NCBI RefSeq assembly: GCF_009914755.1
Contig: NC_060947.1
Source: the human T2T-CHM13v2.0 reference genome, Homo sapiens
Strand: one strand, 5' to 3'
Length of the DNA: 64,000 bases
Of this stretch, positions 29,938-43,220 are shown in pieces. Every line of letters begins with the position of its first letter. Within the stretch, counting starts at the first letter, position 1. A model generated the notes under the pieces. That model made no database searches. It had not been told where the DNA came from and saw nothing but the letters and a program-made list of their open reading frames with translations. A program made the translations under genes and the position numbers.

Positions 29938-31213
29938 TGTTGAGGCTCAGAAAGCAATACCCCAAGACTCATGCTTTGACATGCAGAGAGGCGTCAGAAT
30001 CAAGGTCCCTCTTACCTTGTCTTGTCTCCCCCTGCCTCCCTCTTGTCCCCCAAGCTCTGGGAGGGACTGTCTCTGGAATTTCCTTATCTCACTAAGAAAG
30101 CATCTTTCCAAAAGAAATGTAATTGTCTTAAACCGCCTCCCTAGGGATCTCATCAAATATCTAGGAAAGATCAACCATCTATGAAGATAAAAAACTGGGA
30201 GTTAGCACCAGACCCAGACAGACTTTTCATCTATTCTTCTGAGGGCAGCTCAGAAAGATGACCTGGAAGACTCCATCTGCATAATAAGACAACCTTTCTT
30301 CCTGTGCACCTCCACCTCTCACCTTTCTTAGTGTCTGTTTCTCACCTCCACCGTCCATTTATTCTCCCTAATGGTTTACTGCCCCCGAAAATAATTGTCT
30401 AAATTCCCCGATGATATGTAATCATGTTTCTTGATCCCAAATGTCTCAAAATGGTGTCACTTATGACAAATGGCTCAGCCTACAGTGAAATTGCTGACCC
30501 CTCAGAGTGATAAGCATATGTATAGAAGATGTCACCTGCTGTGGCCAGGCACTGCTGAGACCTGACAAGCGAGTGAAGCCAAAAGGTGGCTGAGATCATG
30601 GCCATGGAGGGCCATAAAAACCACAAAGAAACTGACCACGGTCAAGATGCCAGCAGAAGCTCTGCACGTGGCAACTCTGAGGCCTCTGTTCCATCGGCAG
30701 GGGCTGTAGGAAGGTCTGCTGGGAGAAGAGCAGTGACAGTGACACCCGCTCCAACCCCGACCTAGGAAAAAATAACAGGACCTGCTGGATTGTCAGTCAG
30801 CATGCTGGCCTCCTAAGATAATCAAGCTGTGACCCTCCTCTCTCTCTTACTAGTGCCCTTGTGTGTTGAATATATTTGCATGATTGTAGGCATGTGAAAG
30901 CCTCACAATAAACCATGGATTCATCAGCATTTAATTGGCCACCTACTCAGTGTGAAGCCTCCTGGCCTCAGTTAGCACAACGAGGCTGATTTGAACCTGA
31001 TAGGAGAGCCATCTCTCCGTCCCCTATGAAAAAGAGCATATGGGCTTCTGCGCTGCTGTCGGTCAGAGGGTAATCATTCTCCTGTGGTTCCCCCATGCTA
31101 TGCGCGTTACAGTAAACTATTGCATGCCTTTTCCTTTATTAATTTGCCTTTTGTCAGCTGATTTTCAGTGAACCTTTAGAGGGCGAAGGGGAAGTTTTCT
31201 CTGTACCCCTATA
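29938..31213 (+). mobile_element. MER39-like ERV1 solo LTR containing a nested insertion
   Basis: tgttgaggctcagaaagcaatacccc start and gagggcgaaggggaagttttc...cccctata end, with 4-bp TSD agtc at 29934 and 31214. Confidence 0.8.
30410..31008 (+). mobile_element. Nested LTR-like insertion, family not recognised
   Basis: Interrupts the host LTR between aaattcccc and ccatctctcc. It has its own AATAAA (30907) and ends gaacctgata. Confidence 0.5.
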
Positions 31214-32021
31214 AGTCTCTCCAGGAAATGGCTCAAAAATAAAATAAAAAGGAATAGAATCTATTCCTAACCCTTCTAAATGGATGTTTCCTTTGTATTA
31301 ACCTTTCATTTTGTGATGTGTTCCTCCACTCCTGAGCACTCAGCCTGAGCACTGGCTCCTCCCCTCTGACTTGATAGGACCAGGCTTCTAGAACCCAGCC
31401 TGGAGCCTACATATCTGAGAGGGGCAATTTTTCTTTTATGCTTCTCTTAAGGAAAATCAATCCAAAGCGATGCACACAGACCTTATTCTGTTTCATCGAC
31501 CAGCTAGCTGATTGGCACTGTTTTGTACATATGAAGTTACCAGGCACTGGGTTTGTTTCTCTAAGTTTCCTTTCAGAATTGTCTCCTTTGGTTCTTGTCC
31601 TAGTTCCTTTTCCACCATCTGTTGAAATATCTTCTTTACAGATACCGAAATTGAGACACTAAATATGCTTGTCTGGCTGATGGCTAATGTTGGTGATTCA
31701 GGTTTGAGAGGGCAGGCAAGGATCAACTGTGAAACAGAACACCCCTTTTCCTATATTTTCTAAAAGGCATAGAGTAGTTTGAAAATGCCAGTAATAGTTT
31801 GTTGAAGACTTAGAAATGGCGATTATTTTATTTCTGTTTCCTAGATTACTGTGTAGGTTACCAGCTAGTAAGGATCCAGGCCTTGGCAGGTGGAAAATGA
31901 ACTGTTTAGGAGGTGCCGTTCACTTCTCAACCTACTTGCCTTTGTAGAAGCATCGATATGCTTTCCATGGACACTTCACAGTATGTATTTTTGAAAAATT
32001 CTTCTAAGAGACTGTTCATAC

Positions 32022-32324
32022 TTTTATTTTTTATTTTTATTTATTATTTTTGAGACAGAGTCTCTGTCACCCAAGCTGGAGTGCAGTGGCGCCATCTCGG
32101 CTCACTGCAACCTCCGCTGCCCGGGTTCAAGCAATTCTCTGCCTCGGCCTCCTGAGTAGCTGGGATTCCAGGCACCTGCCACCATGCCCGGCTAATTTTT
32201 GTATTTTTAGTAGAGACGGGGTTTCACCATCTGGCCAGGCTGGTCTTGAACTCCTGACCTTGTGATCCACCCACCTTGGCCTCCCAAAGTGCTGGAATTA
32301 CAGGTGTGAGTGACCACGCCCAGC
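32022..32324 (-). mobile_element. AluS (Sg-like)
   Basis: Antisense Alu dimer with a (TTTTA)n tail. Confidence 0.9.
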
Positions 32325-33154
32325 AACTTGAAATGAATTATTTTATCTTTAAGGTCTCATTGTAAGTGATTGTCTTAAGGATACTGTTTTCCTGAGGATA
32401 CTTTTCTGTTTCCCAGATTTTCTACACCTAAGTAAACCAAATCTACCACCTATTCCTGTGATGTACTGCAAAATTGGCTTGCTATCAGTATATGCAGACA
32501 GAATGATTTTGCGAACAACATTTTCAGTGAGTTGTGTACTTTGATCAAGTCAAGCAAACAGCATCTGAGCATATTGTAGTCAACTTAAAATATGAAATTA
32601 TTTAAGACAGCATTATACAAATAATACCTGGAAATTAGTGGCAATCACACTCTTTTTGCTGGGGACTTGCTAGAATCACGGCTTGGCCTTCAGTCAGCTT
32701 GAGTACGTGTTTTCAGATCCTGTTGTTCCTAATGGGCTTCATCATGGTCAGTTTGATAAATAATCCATGCCTCGGCTGCTCTAACTGAAGTATTGTTACT
32801 CATAGTTAGCTGTTCTGTAGCCAATTTGTTAGGATGGAGTCTGCTCTAAGTTGCATTAAATTAAATGACTTAACTTGGGGATTGCTATGTGACTCTGTAA
32901 TACTCATTTTGTGTTGGTAGAACAAGGAGATCCTCTGCACATTGATTCCAAATCCACAATGTAAAGCAAACACAAATTATATATTCAAGTACCTCTGGAA
33001 CAAAGAAAGAAGAGAAAATTCATCTGGCCAATGAAATATACTTTATGTTTAATACAGAAAAGGATGGTGTAATGATTTTCAGCTGAAATGAAAAATATAA
33101 ATTCATTGTTTTAAAAAATTGGCTTAAATCTATTAAAGTAAAATGTTTATTTCA

Positions 33155-33345
33155 GAACTATATTATGAGAAATGTTGAACATATACGAAACTTGACCCAG
33201 TAGAGAATATTGAGCCCCTAGGTATAATCACCAGCTTCAAGAATTATTGACTCATGGCCAATCTTGTTTCATCTTTCTTTTTCTATACTTTTACTGACTT
33301 CTCATCCTCTTCTCATATTATTTTGAAGTAAATTCCAGATAGTAT
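33155..33345 (-). mobile_element. L1MC-like 3'-end fragment (related pieces at 35730-36190 and 36660-36790)
   Basis: ccagcttcaagaattattgactcatggccaatcttgtttcatc...ttattttgaagtaaattccaga. Confidence 0.6.
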
Positions 33346-33607
33346 TACATATAAAATTGCCTTTAAAAATAGAAGCATTTTTTAAAACTTGGACAAAATA
33401 AAGTATAAATAAAATATAAGGTAACAGCAGCTATGATGTCAACATAATTCAAGAAAATGGAGGAAAGTCTGGCATTTAAAATGTCAACTTTATGACCCAA
33501 AAAACCCCAAACTATTACAAAATAATGAACTAGGTGTAAATTAAGAGCCAGATTAAAATGTTTTAATTGTTCAATAAATATTTATTTTGTAAATAAATAA
33601 AGTATAT

Positions 33608-33960
33608 ATTATTAGTCCATTCTCACACTGCTATAAAGATACTACCTGAGATTGGTTAATTTATACAGAGAGGAGGTTTGATTGACTCATGGTTCCACAT
33701 GACTGGGGAGGCCTCAGGAAACTTACAGTCATGGTGGAAGGCAAAGGGGAAGCAGGTACCTTCTTCACAAGGCAGCAGGAGAGAGAGAGAAGTGTCACAC
33801 TTTAAAACCATCAGCTCTTGTGGGAACTCAGTATCATGAGAACAACACGGGGGAAACAGTTCCCATGATCCAGTCACCTCCTACCGGGTCCCTCCGTTGA
33901 CACGTGGGGATTACAATTCGAGATGATATTTGGATGGGGAAACAGAGCCAAACCATAGCA
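33608..33960 (-). mobile_element. THE1D/MSTA-like MaLR solo LTR
   Basis: attagtccattctcacactgctataaaga...ggggaggcctcaggaaacttaca...cagagccaaaccatagca. Confidence 0.87.
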
Positions 33961-34509
33961 ACAAGTGTGAAACAGTTCCTCAAAAAGTTCAACCTAGCGT
34001 TATCATATGACCTGGCAATTCCACTCCTATGAAGACACGTGTCCACACAAAAACTTATGCACAAGTGTTCACAGCAGCGTTTTTCGTAATAGCCAAGTAG
34101 CGGAAATGACATGAACCCATCAGCTGATGAATGGATGAACATATGTGGTCAATCCATACAATGGAATAGCATTTGGTCATAAAAAGAAAGGAAGTACTGA
34201 CACATGCTACAACATGGATAAACCATGAACACACTGTGCTATGTGAAAGGAGCCAGTCCCAAAAGACCGTAAATATTATCTGATACCATTTATATGAAAT
34301 ATCCAGAATAATCAAATACATAGAGGCAGAGGCAGCAGGTAGATTACTAGTTGCCTAGGGTTCGTGGGTGGAGGGGCAGCCAGAGGGTAATGGAGGTCTG
34401 AGGAGGAACTGCCAATGGGTACAGAGTTTCTTTTTGGGGGTGATGAAATTGCTCGAGAATTTGATAGTGGTGATAGTTGCACAACTTTGTGAATACACTA
34501 AAAACTGCC
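33961..34509 (+). mobile_element. L1MB 3' portion (resumes at 34821-34895)
   Basis: catatgacctggcaattccactcct, atggatgaacatatgtgg and atgctacaacatggataaacc. Confidence 0.85.
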
Positions 34510-34820
<311 letters not shown>

Positions 34821-35054
34821 AAAAAACTGCCCAACTGTATACTTTCAAGGAGAGAATTTTGTAATATTTCAATCATATCTCAAATTTTAAAAATGCTATG
34901 GAAATATGAGTATCTAATCACACTGAAGAAAAATACATAGATCTACTTTGCCACTAAAAGCTTGTGGGGTTAGGGCAAGCATGATCATTATTAATGAAAA
35001 ATGGTGAAGTGTTTTTAAAATGTCAATTATAAAATTAACACAAGGGAGGTATGA

Positions 35055-35350
<296 letters not shown>

Positions 35351-36191
35351 TTGAAAATTTATTTGATGTCTTCTGCCCAAGTCACATTTTAGTTACTGAG
35401 GCTGAATCATTTTTTAATACCAACTTTCAAAAATGCACCTTGTATTTAGCTGCCTTCTTGAACACTGGGTATCAGGTATTACATAACCTTTTCTATATTT
35501 GCCAGGATACTTACTGCATGCCTTAGTCACGTTGGGTACTCAGTAAGCATTTATTAACTGCATGGATAAATGAATGAGGAAACATAGAAACATTTTTACT
35601 ATAATATTTTCTTAAGATATTATATGTGTAGAATTATTCTTTCCCTTACAACGAATGATTACAGAATGTTGTATTTTGTTTTTGTATGCTTTAAAGTTTC
35701 TCCCTTACTTCTATTCATATGCTTAGTCATGTTTTTCAAAATTTAGTTGTTTGGATTAGGATTGAAATAATGTTTAAATGTTACAATTATTGATATGTCC
35801 TTTAGTCTCTTTCAATCTGTAGGTTTTCTTTCTCTCTCTCTCTCATTTATCCCTTGCAATTTTTTTTAATCAAGAAATTAGTTCTTTGTCTTATAAAACT
35901 GCTCACAGTCTGGACTTGCATTTACATGGTATTGCACTCACATGGAAGCTGCATTTACATGGTATTGGTTAACATGTTCCTTTGTCCCCTCGAGTTCTTG
36001 TATATTAGTATGTAGAACCAGAGACTTAATCAGATTCAAGTTCAATTTTTTTCACAGGACTACTTCATAGCTGTTGTTGTTACTTCCATCAGTGGCACTT
36101 CATGCCTGGTTGTCTCTCTTGTTGTGATGTCAGTGGCCATTGATGATTATAGTGTAGATCAATTAATTCATTGAGGGTTGATAAATGGTGT

Positions 36192-36650
36192 TCGCAGTAG
36201 CCAGCCTTGAAGAGGCCCCCAGTGCTCCCTGGCTCCTGGGATTCACGGCTTCATGTAATGTCCTCCTGCACTGTTTCAGGGTTGGTCTGCATGACCAATA
36301 GAACATAACAGAAATGCTGTTATATCACTTGTGAGGATAGGTCATAAAAGGCAGCATAGCTTCTACTCCTCTCTCTCTTGGCCACTTGCTCTGGGCAAAG
36401 CCAGCAGCCAAGCCATGAGGACTACATGGAGAAGAACTGAGGCCTCCTGCCAGTAGCTGTATGAGTGAGGTTGGAAGTCAAACCTTCAGGTAGCTGCAGC
36501 CCCAGCTGGCATCTTGATTGCAGCTCCTGAACCATCCTGAGCCGAAACTCCTAGCTCAGCCACTGCTGAATTCTTGACCCATGGAAAGTGTGTTGTTTTA
36601 AGCTTCTATGTTTGGGGGTAATTTGTTATTCAGTAATGATAATTAATTTA
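36192..36650 (+). mobile_element. MLT1F-like MaLR LTR
   Basis: gaactgaggcctcctgcc...gctgcagccccagctggcatcttgattgcagc...tttgggggtaatttgttattcag. Confidence 0.78.
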
Positions 36651-38083
36651 GTGTTACTCTACCTCATTCATTCAATCTTCATTTACCAGCTAGAATACTT
36701 CTATAAAGAGAAACTTTCTTTTAACAATTATTTGATTACCCTGTAGTACAGTTAGTATAGGAAATAATGCTTACTCTTTCAATGATTAAATTATAATCAT
36801 ACTATATATGCTTTTGTACACACATATATATACACATAATAGATGGATAGAAAAATTTAAACATTTTAAAGCATTAAAAATACTTTTATAGGTTATCCTG
36901 AATATATATTGTCTGTTATGTAATATTCCACTAAGCTTATTTAACTATTCTTCTTTGTTGGAAATTTGACTTGTTTCCAGTGTTACTGCTAATAGCCAAG
37001 CAATTGAAAATATTTTTACATAAGGCTTTTTTTTTTTTTTTTTTTACTTTAAGATTATTTCCTTAGATCAGATTCCTAAAATTTACTGAATCCAAAGCTA
37101 TGGGCATTTTTCTAAATTATGTTCCAAAAAGAAAAAACTCAATTTCTACTGGCACAGCCATGCCTGTGTGGCCATTTCACTTTATCCCTTGTTAGGGCTG
37201 TGTGATATTTATGCTTTACAAACATCTGTAAAGTGCCAACTGTGTGCCAGGCACTGCTCATAAAACACAACCAGAAAATTCAACTTTTGTTTTTAGTCTG
37301 ATCTGATAGTACCCCACAAATTTTGTTTATATCTACTTTTTAAGTATCTCTTGAGACATCATCAAGAGTATTACCCTCTGAATCAGGCAGGAATTTTTGT
37401 CTGCTCACTGCTGCCAGCCTTGCAGTCTGCTTCTTCAAACCTTCTCTTTCCATCCCTTTCCCATTTCACGTCTTTTATTTCTCATAGGCTGGAAACCCAG
37501 ATAACCACCCTTGTTAGGACCATGAATTAAATGAGGCGACTTTGATCCACCTACTGCCACTACCCATTCTCGTAAATGGAAGTGTAAATCTTTTTTTAGG
37601 CCATATTTTATTTAGCTTGATTTATTATTTCTCATAAGAATAGCTTTCCCTGAAAGTCCTGGAGGGAAAAGAACCTTGTAAAGAAGCAACAAGATGTTTT
37701 CCAAGAAATTATCGTTTGTAGCGGAGACTGTCATTCTCTAAACCAAAGAGACATGGACTAGTTTCTCTTTTAGCAACTTTTAGGGTGATAAATTGAGAAC
37801 AGAGATTAGATTTCCTTTACAATCAGTGTCTTGTAGATTACATCTCTAAAGGAACCAGTGGTTAGTTCCGGACCGAATCACCAAGCAGATTAACTTCTTT
37901 TGAAGGGCTCCTATTTGGGCAGTCTCAAGTTCATTTTAGATAATAACTATCCCCCCTCCCAGCTCCTGCAGTCTAAGGGTAAGGTAGAAAATTTGGAAAG
38001 TCAGAAAAGTAGGAAGGAAAAATTAGCCATTGCCTATAGACCTACCACCCAGCAATGATCACTACCAATATATAGCTTACAGC

Positions 38084-38450
38084 TGTCACGCAGGTGGTTC
38101 CTTTGACTGTCTCTGGGTCACCCATTAGGATTTTAGATAAATTATATGTTACAAAGTATAGGGAAAGAGTATTAGGGAAAGGGTGGACTTATGAGTTCAG
38201 GATCGACTTGAGAAGCACGGGCACCTCATAATTCCAGGGTTCCACAGAAAGGAGCGCTAAAGTCAGGGCTTTTCGCTGTGAATGTGTTGGACGCCCTGCC
38301 CTTTGTGAGCTTTCATTTTATGATATAGCATGACAGAAGCCGAGTCGAGGGTTAGGTCATTGGAAGGTTGGCACTGGAAGCCTAAGTTTGTGTGCCAGAC
38401 GTTCGCAGGACCTGCCCAGAAAGGTCAGCTACCCAAGACCCAAGATTACA
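38084..38450 (-). mobile_element. Possible solo LTR, family not recognised
   Basis: The minus strand begins TGTAA and ends TGACA. It is ~367 bp and richer in GC and CpG than its flanks. Confidence 0.35.
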
Positions 38451-38745
38451 TACAAGTCTATGTTATATACATTATTGTTCTATTCTTTATTTATTCTGAT
38501 TTTTCGTATATTATATACATGCATAATATATAAAAATGTCTTTCTGTCTATGCACACACAAATATGCACACATATTCCCCACAGTTTCTAAAGTGGATTC
38601 TAGTTCACTTTGAGACACAGAGTTCTTTATATTACATTCATACCTTTAAAGCATCATGTCAGTTCTGTTTTTAGTATGCTCTTAACATGGAGTGGTTTTG
38701 CTAATGTTATATTCTTTTTAATTAAAACAGCACATAATCATATTT

Positions 38746-39396
38746 TATTTTAATGGACAAATACTAATTATGTACATATCTATGGGGTACAATGTGATGT
38801 TATGTATATGCATATATTGTGGAATGATTAAATCCAGCTAACATATCCATCACCTCACATACTTATTTTGTGGTGAGAACTTTAAAAATCTACTCTTTTA
38901 GCGATTTTGAAATATATAATACATTATTATTAACTATAGTCACCGTGCTGTACAGTAGATTACTAAAACCTATTCCTCCTGTCTAACTGAAATTATGTAT
39001 CCTTTCACCAACCTCTCCCCATTTCCTTGCCTACTTAACCCCATCTCAGCTCCTGGAAATTTCCATTCTACTCTCTACTTTTATGAGCTTGACTTATCTA
39101 GATTCCATACATAAGGAACATCTTGTGGTGTCTTTCTGTGTCTGGCTTATTTCACGTAGCATAATGTCTTCCAGGTTCATCCATGTTGTTGCAAATGGCA
39201 GAATACCCTTCTTTTTGCATTATGGAAAACAATATGGAGGTTCCTCAAAAAACTAAAAATAGAAGTAGCATATGATCCAGTAATCCCACTTCTGGGTATA
39301 TATCCAAAGGGAATGAAATTTGTATGTCAGAGAGATATCTGTACATTGGACCACTCTTCACAATAGCCAAGATATGGAAGCAACCTAAGTGTCCAA
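38746..39396 (-). mobile_element. L1MA-type insertion with a 5' inversion
   Basis: The antisense 3' end (38746-39217) is joined to a sense segment (39218-39395), with TSD ataatcatattt at 38734 and 39397. Confidence 0.85.
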
Positions 39397-39884
39397 ATAA
39401 TCATATTTGAATGTAAAAGTTTGTGTGTGTTTTTAAAAGATAAACATCATCCAATTTATGAAAACTAGATTTATTTCCATCTTTCTTGGGACAGATCTTT
39501 TATGTCAACCAAGCCATGTGTTCTGTCAATGCTATTTCTATCATCAGGTCTTGCTACTTCTCAGTTCTTGGAGATACAGATGACAAAGGATGAGGCCCAG
39601 GCTGTGGCTGTTTCATGTACCTCAGTTTATTTCAGTCAAAATTGGGATTTTTCTGTACAGAAGCAGGAGGTAATTATAAGACCATTGCGTGAGTTCTGTT
39701 TAATTCCTAGTATGGAGAGAACAAAGCAGAGCTGAATGACTTGGCAGGAAGTTTTAGAAGTTTCAAGTCCAAGCCAGGGAGCAAATGTTGGCTAAGTGCC
39801 CCCTAAAATGTTTGTCCATGCCACCTGGCTGGGGGTTTGTGTGAAAAGGAGGGGAGAGGAGAGACCTCTATTAGTTTAGCACCT

Positions 39885-40050
39885 GCTGGGCCAGGATATC
39901 ACGTGCATGCTCACTTAAGCCTCCCAGCAAGTCCTGGAGGAATCTGTGTCCCTGTTGAGTAGACCAGGAGGCAGAGACACAGAGATAAATCACATGCAGC
40001 TATGTTAAAAGCAGGAATCTGAACCCAGATCTGTGCTGTCTCCAAACTCC
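39885..40050 (-). mobile_element. MIR fragment
   Basis: ctcacttaagcctcccagcaagtcctggag...gcaggaatctgaacccagatctg. Confidence 0.55.
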
Positions 40051-41744
40051 ACATATTTCCTGCTATTAGAACCGATGATGCCTTCATGGGCTGAAAGTAC
40101 TTTTGCCTCCATGGGTCCATCCTTCACCAAAAATACTAATAATTATATTTTATGGCTGTTATGGCATAAAGACAAATGTAAGCAGAGCTGGATTCATTAT
40201 TATGTACACATTATTATTCTTTTTTTCTGACTGGAAAAGATTAAAATTTTAAGAGAGTAAATTTTCATGGGTCTTTAAACATATTCTGGGCTCTGGCCCT
40301 GGGCTGATTATCCAAGCCTGATTGGAGAAGTTGGCCCTGTCCACTGTAAGATTCTTTTTCTTTCAATTTATTGGTTTTCTAGGAGAAGGGAAAGTTAAGG
40401 GAAGCCAGAGCTTTGGGGTTGAGAGAAATGAAATGAGTCACAGAAGCAAAGTATATCTAGCACTAAGCAGAGTTTTAAAGTCATTGTGATCAGTCATTTT
40501 AAAAATCTTTCTTTTGTGTTAGAACTCATTGTAGTAAAAAGATGAATTCTTATATGCAATGCCAAAATATAAACTTGGTCAAAGTGGTCAAATTGGGCAG
40601 GTACTGCAACTCCCATTCCTAACATCTCAACTCCCATCCTGAGTGGCCCTTGAGGGACGTTCACTGACCCTTAAGGCTCATTGAAACAATCTGAAACTTC
40701 ACCTCTTTCCCAGGGGAATTCAGTGAGACCCAGAGAGGCTGAGTTGCTCCCAGTTACACAGTGGATCAATTATCATGCTGAGACCCAGGCCCAGGTATCT
40801 GGATTTCTGGGTTAGGGATGTTTCCACTAGCTTCCTCCCCCGCTTACGCCTTCTTGGGTTCAAAATAACACAGCCAAATCCCCTTTTGAAACCTCTAAAC
40901 ATGATTCAACTTTAAAACATGTGAAAATACAATAGGTTAACAATCTTCCCTCCATCTGCAGAGGACTTTTTAACCTTTGGTTCCCTTAGCATGTTAGTTT
41001 GGGACCAAATAGCTGTGTTCAGTCAAGTGTAGGGACCTCAGCCACTATAATGTCCCTGTTCTTTGGAGGGTGCTGCTAGGGTTTCCTAGTGACCTATGTA
41101 TCATGATCCTAGGTGCAAGAGATCTCCAACACATTCATGTGCAGTGAGGTCTCATGGACACAAGGGAGAAGTTGGCCCCATGTCTGCTGCCAACTCTTCT
41201 GGCATTTAAGGGCTATGGCCATCTCGCTGGTTTCCCTAAGGATCATGTGTGTGATGGCTTGGATAGCCATCGAAGCAAGGGCACTAGCTGGTTGTAATAT
41301 GGAGTCACAGATAGGAGCACAATCCCTTGAATGATAGGTTTTGCTTGACAAGCTTGCTACACATAGTAGCCGATCAATTAATAGTGAAAATGAATGAAAC
41401 AATGAACGGTGAAGATACACGCCTGGAGAAGTTTTTGGTTTCTCTGTGACATCTCCTTTGGGCCTGTGGCTCAGGCCATCAGGTCCTCCTCATCCTCAGT
41501 CTGATGGGTAGAGTTGTCCCTGTGATATTTGGTCCCAGAGATCCTGGGGTGTAATAAAATGCTGGAGAGGAAAAATACCTCATCTGGGGAAGGGCAGATA
41601 GCTCTAGGATGTGAGCACAGCCTCACACAAATCCCTCCATGTCTCCCTGCTGTCAGTGCCAGTTCTGCTCTGGGCTTCACTCTCTTTTGCATCTGGAAGT
41701 GTCTAAGGAGAAAGTGAGATGTGAGCTTCAGAAAATACAGACAG

Positions 41745-41885
41745 TCCCCACTCTGCTATGTGGCCTTGGGCAACCTATGTAATCTCGCTAAGCTTTAGCT
41801 TCCCCATCACTGGAAAACAATGATGCCTGTCTCACATCATTGCTTGAAGGTCAATTGTGATAATATCTGAGAAAGCACTGAGAAC
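41745..41885 (+). mobile_element. MIR fragment
   Basis: gctatgtggccttgggcaacc...agctttagcttccccatcactggaaa core. Confidence 0.6.
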
Positions 41886-42452
41886 TCTCTTCTGGATATA
41901 TGTCTCAGGGAAGTTCTCACACAGACACATAAGGAATATTTTCGAGGCTGTTTTTCATGGCATTTTTAGGAGTAGAGTGTTGGAAACACTACCACTTGTG
42001 ACAATGGGGATGGGGGTGGTATATTAGTAAACTGCTGTGTCTTTTAGCAATTAGAAGGCGCATACTCGATTTGCACACAGCAATGAAGCAATTATTTTAC
42101 TTCAAAACAATGCTGAGTGAAAAATGCCAAAATGGTGTGAGTCTAGAGCCCAATACCATGTGTGTAACACATGTACACATGCATGTACACAAACACACCC
42201 CCACATGCTACCCAAAGCCACATACAAATAAAAGGATATACGTCATATACGTTAGAATGGTGGAATGGGGAAAGGAAATAGAAAAGTAGAACAAAATAAG
42301 GCCGAGAAGAGTCCAATGATGAATATGTGCCATAAACTGGGGAGTTTGAATAATCAAATGCAAATAGATCTATTTGTATCTTAGATCCAAAAATGCAATG
42401 GCTCAATAGTGAGTCAGTCACACAGTAGACCTAGTCCTACCTAACTCTAGAG

Positions 42453-42661
42453 CAGAGTTTCTTGATCTCAGCACTATTGATATTTTGAACCGGATCATTC
42501 TTTGTCCTGGGGGCTGGCCTGTGCATTGTATGATATTTAGCAGAATCCCTGTCCTCTAGATGCCAATAACATCACTTCCCCAGTTGTGTCAATCCAAGAC
42601 ATCTCCAGACATTGCCAAATGTCCCTAAGGGTACAGACTAACTCGTGATCGAGAACCACTG
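42453..42661 (-). mobile_element. MER20
   Basis: cagagtttcttgatctcagcactattga...atctccagacattgccaaatgtccc...gagaaccactg. Confidence 0.82.
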
Positions 42662-42918
42662 ACTTAGTGGCAATAACAAAACTGAGGATGGGTTACCAAA
42701 AGAATCATCTTCCTGCTGTGTAGTGGGTGAAGGGTTGTAGGTCAAAAACATGTATTTACTATGACAAAGGTATGTTCACACAGAGAAACAAGAAAATAAA
42801 TAGGAATGACAGAGTACTGACAACAATCAGACCTCTATACCACTAGCAAACCAGAGTTCCTCATCGAGGGCACTTGCCATTGGAAGACACAAGCATATTT
42901 CATTTGTAAAGAAGTTGA

Positions 42919-43220
42919 GGCCGGGTGCAGTGGCTCATACCTGTAATCCCAGCATTTTGGGAGGCCGAGGCGGGTGGATCGCTTGAGGCCAGGAGTTTGA
43001 GACCAGCCTGGCCAAAAGGGAGAAACCCTGTCTCTACTAAAAATACAAAAATTAGCTGGGTGTGATGGTGTGTGCTTCTAGTCCTAGCTACTTGGGAGGC
43101 TAAGGCAGAAGAATCACTTGAACCTGGGAGGCAGAGTTGCAGTAAGCCGAGATTGTGCCACTGCACTCCAGCCTCAGTGACTGAGGGAGTAAGACTCCGT
43201 CTCAAAAAGAAAAAAAAAAA
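42919..43220 (+). mobile_element. AluS-like
   Basis: Alu dimer with an A tail and TSD-like aagttgag. Confidence 0.92.

Noticed and set aside
35917-35967. 18-bp direct repeat tgcatttacatggtattg with a 15-bp spacer
   Set aside because: It is a small slippage duplication inside an old L1 fragment, with no functional indication.
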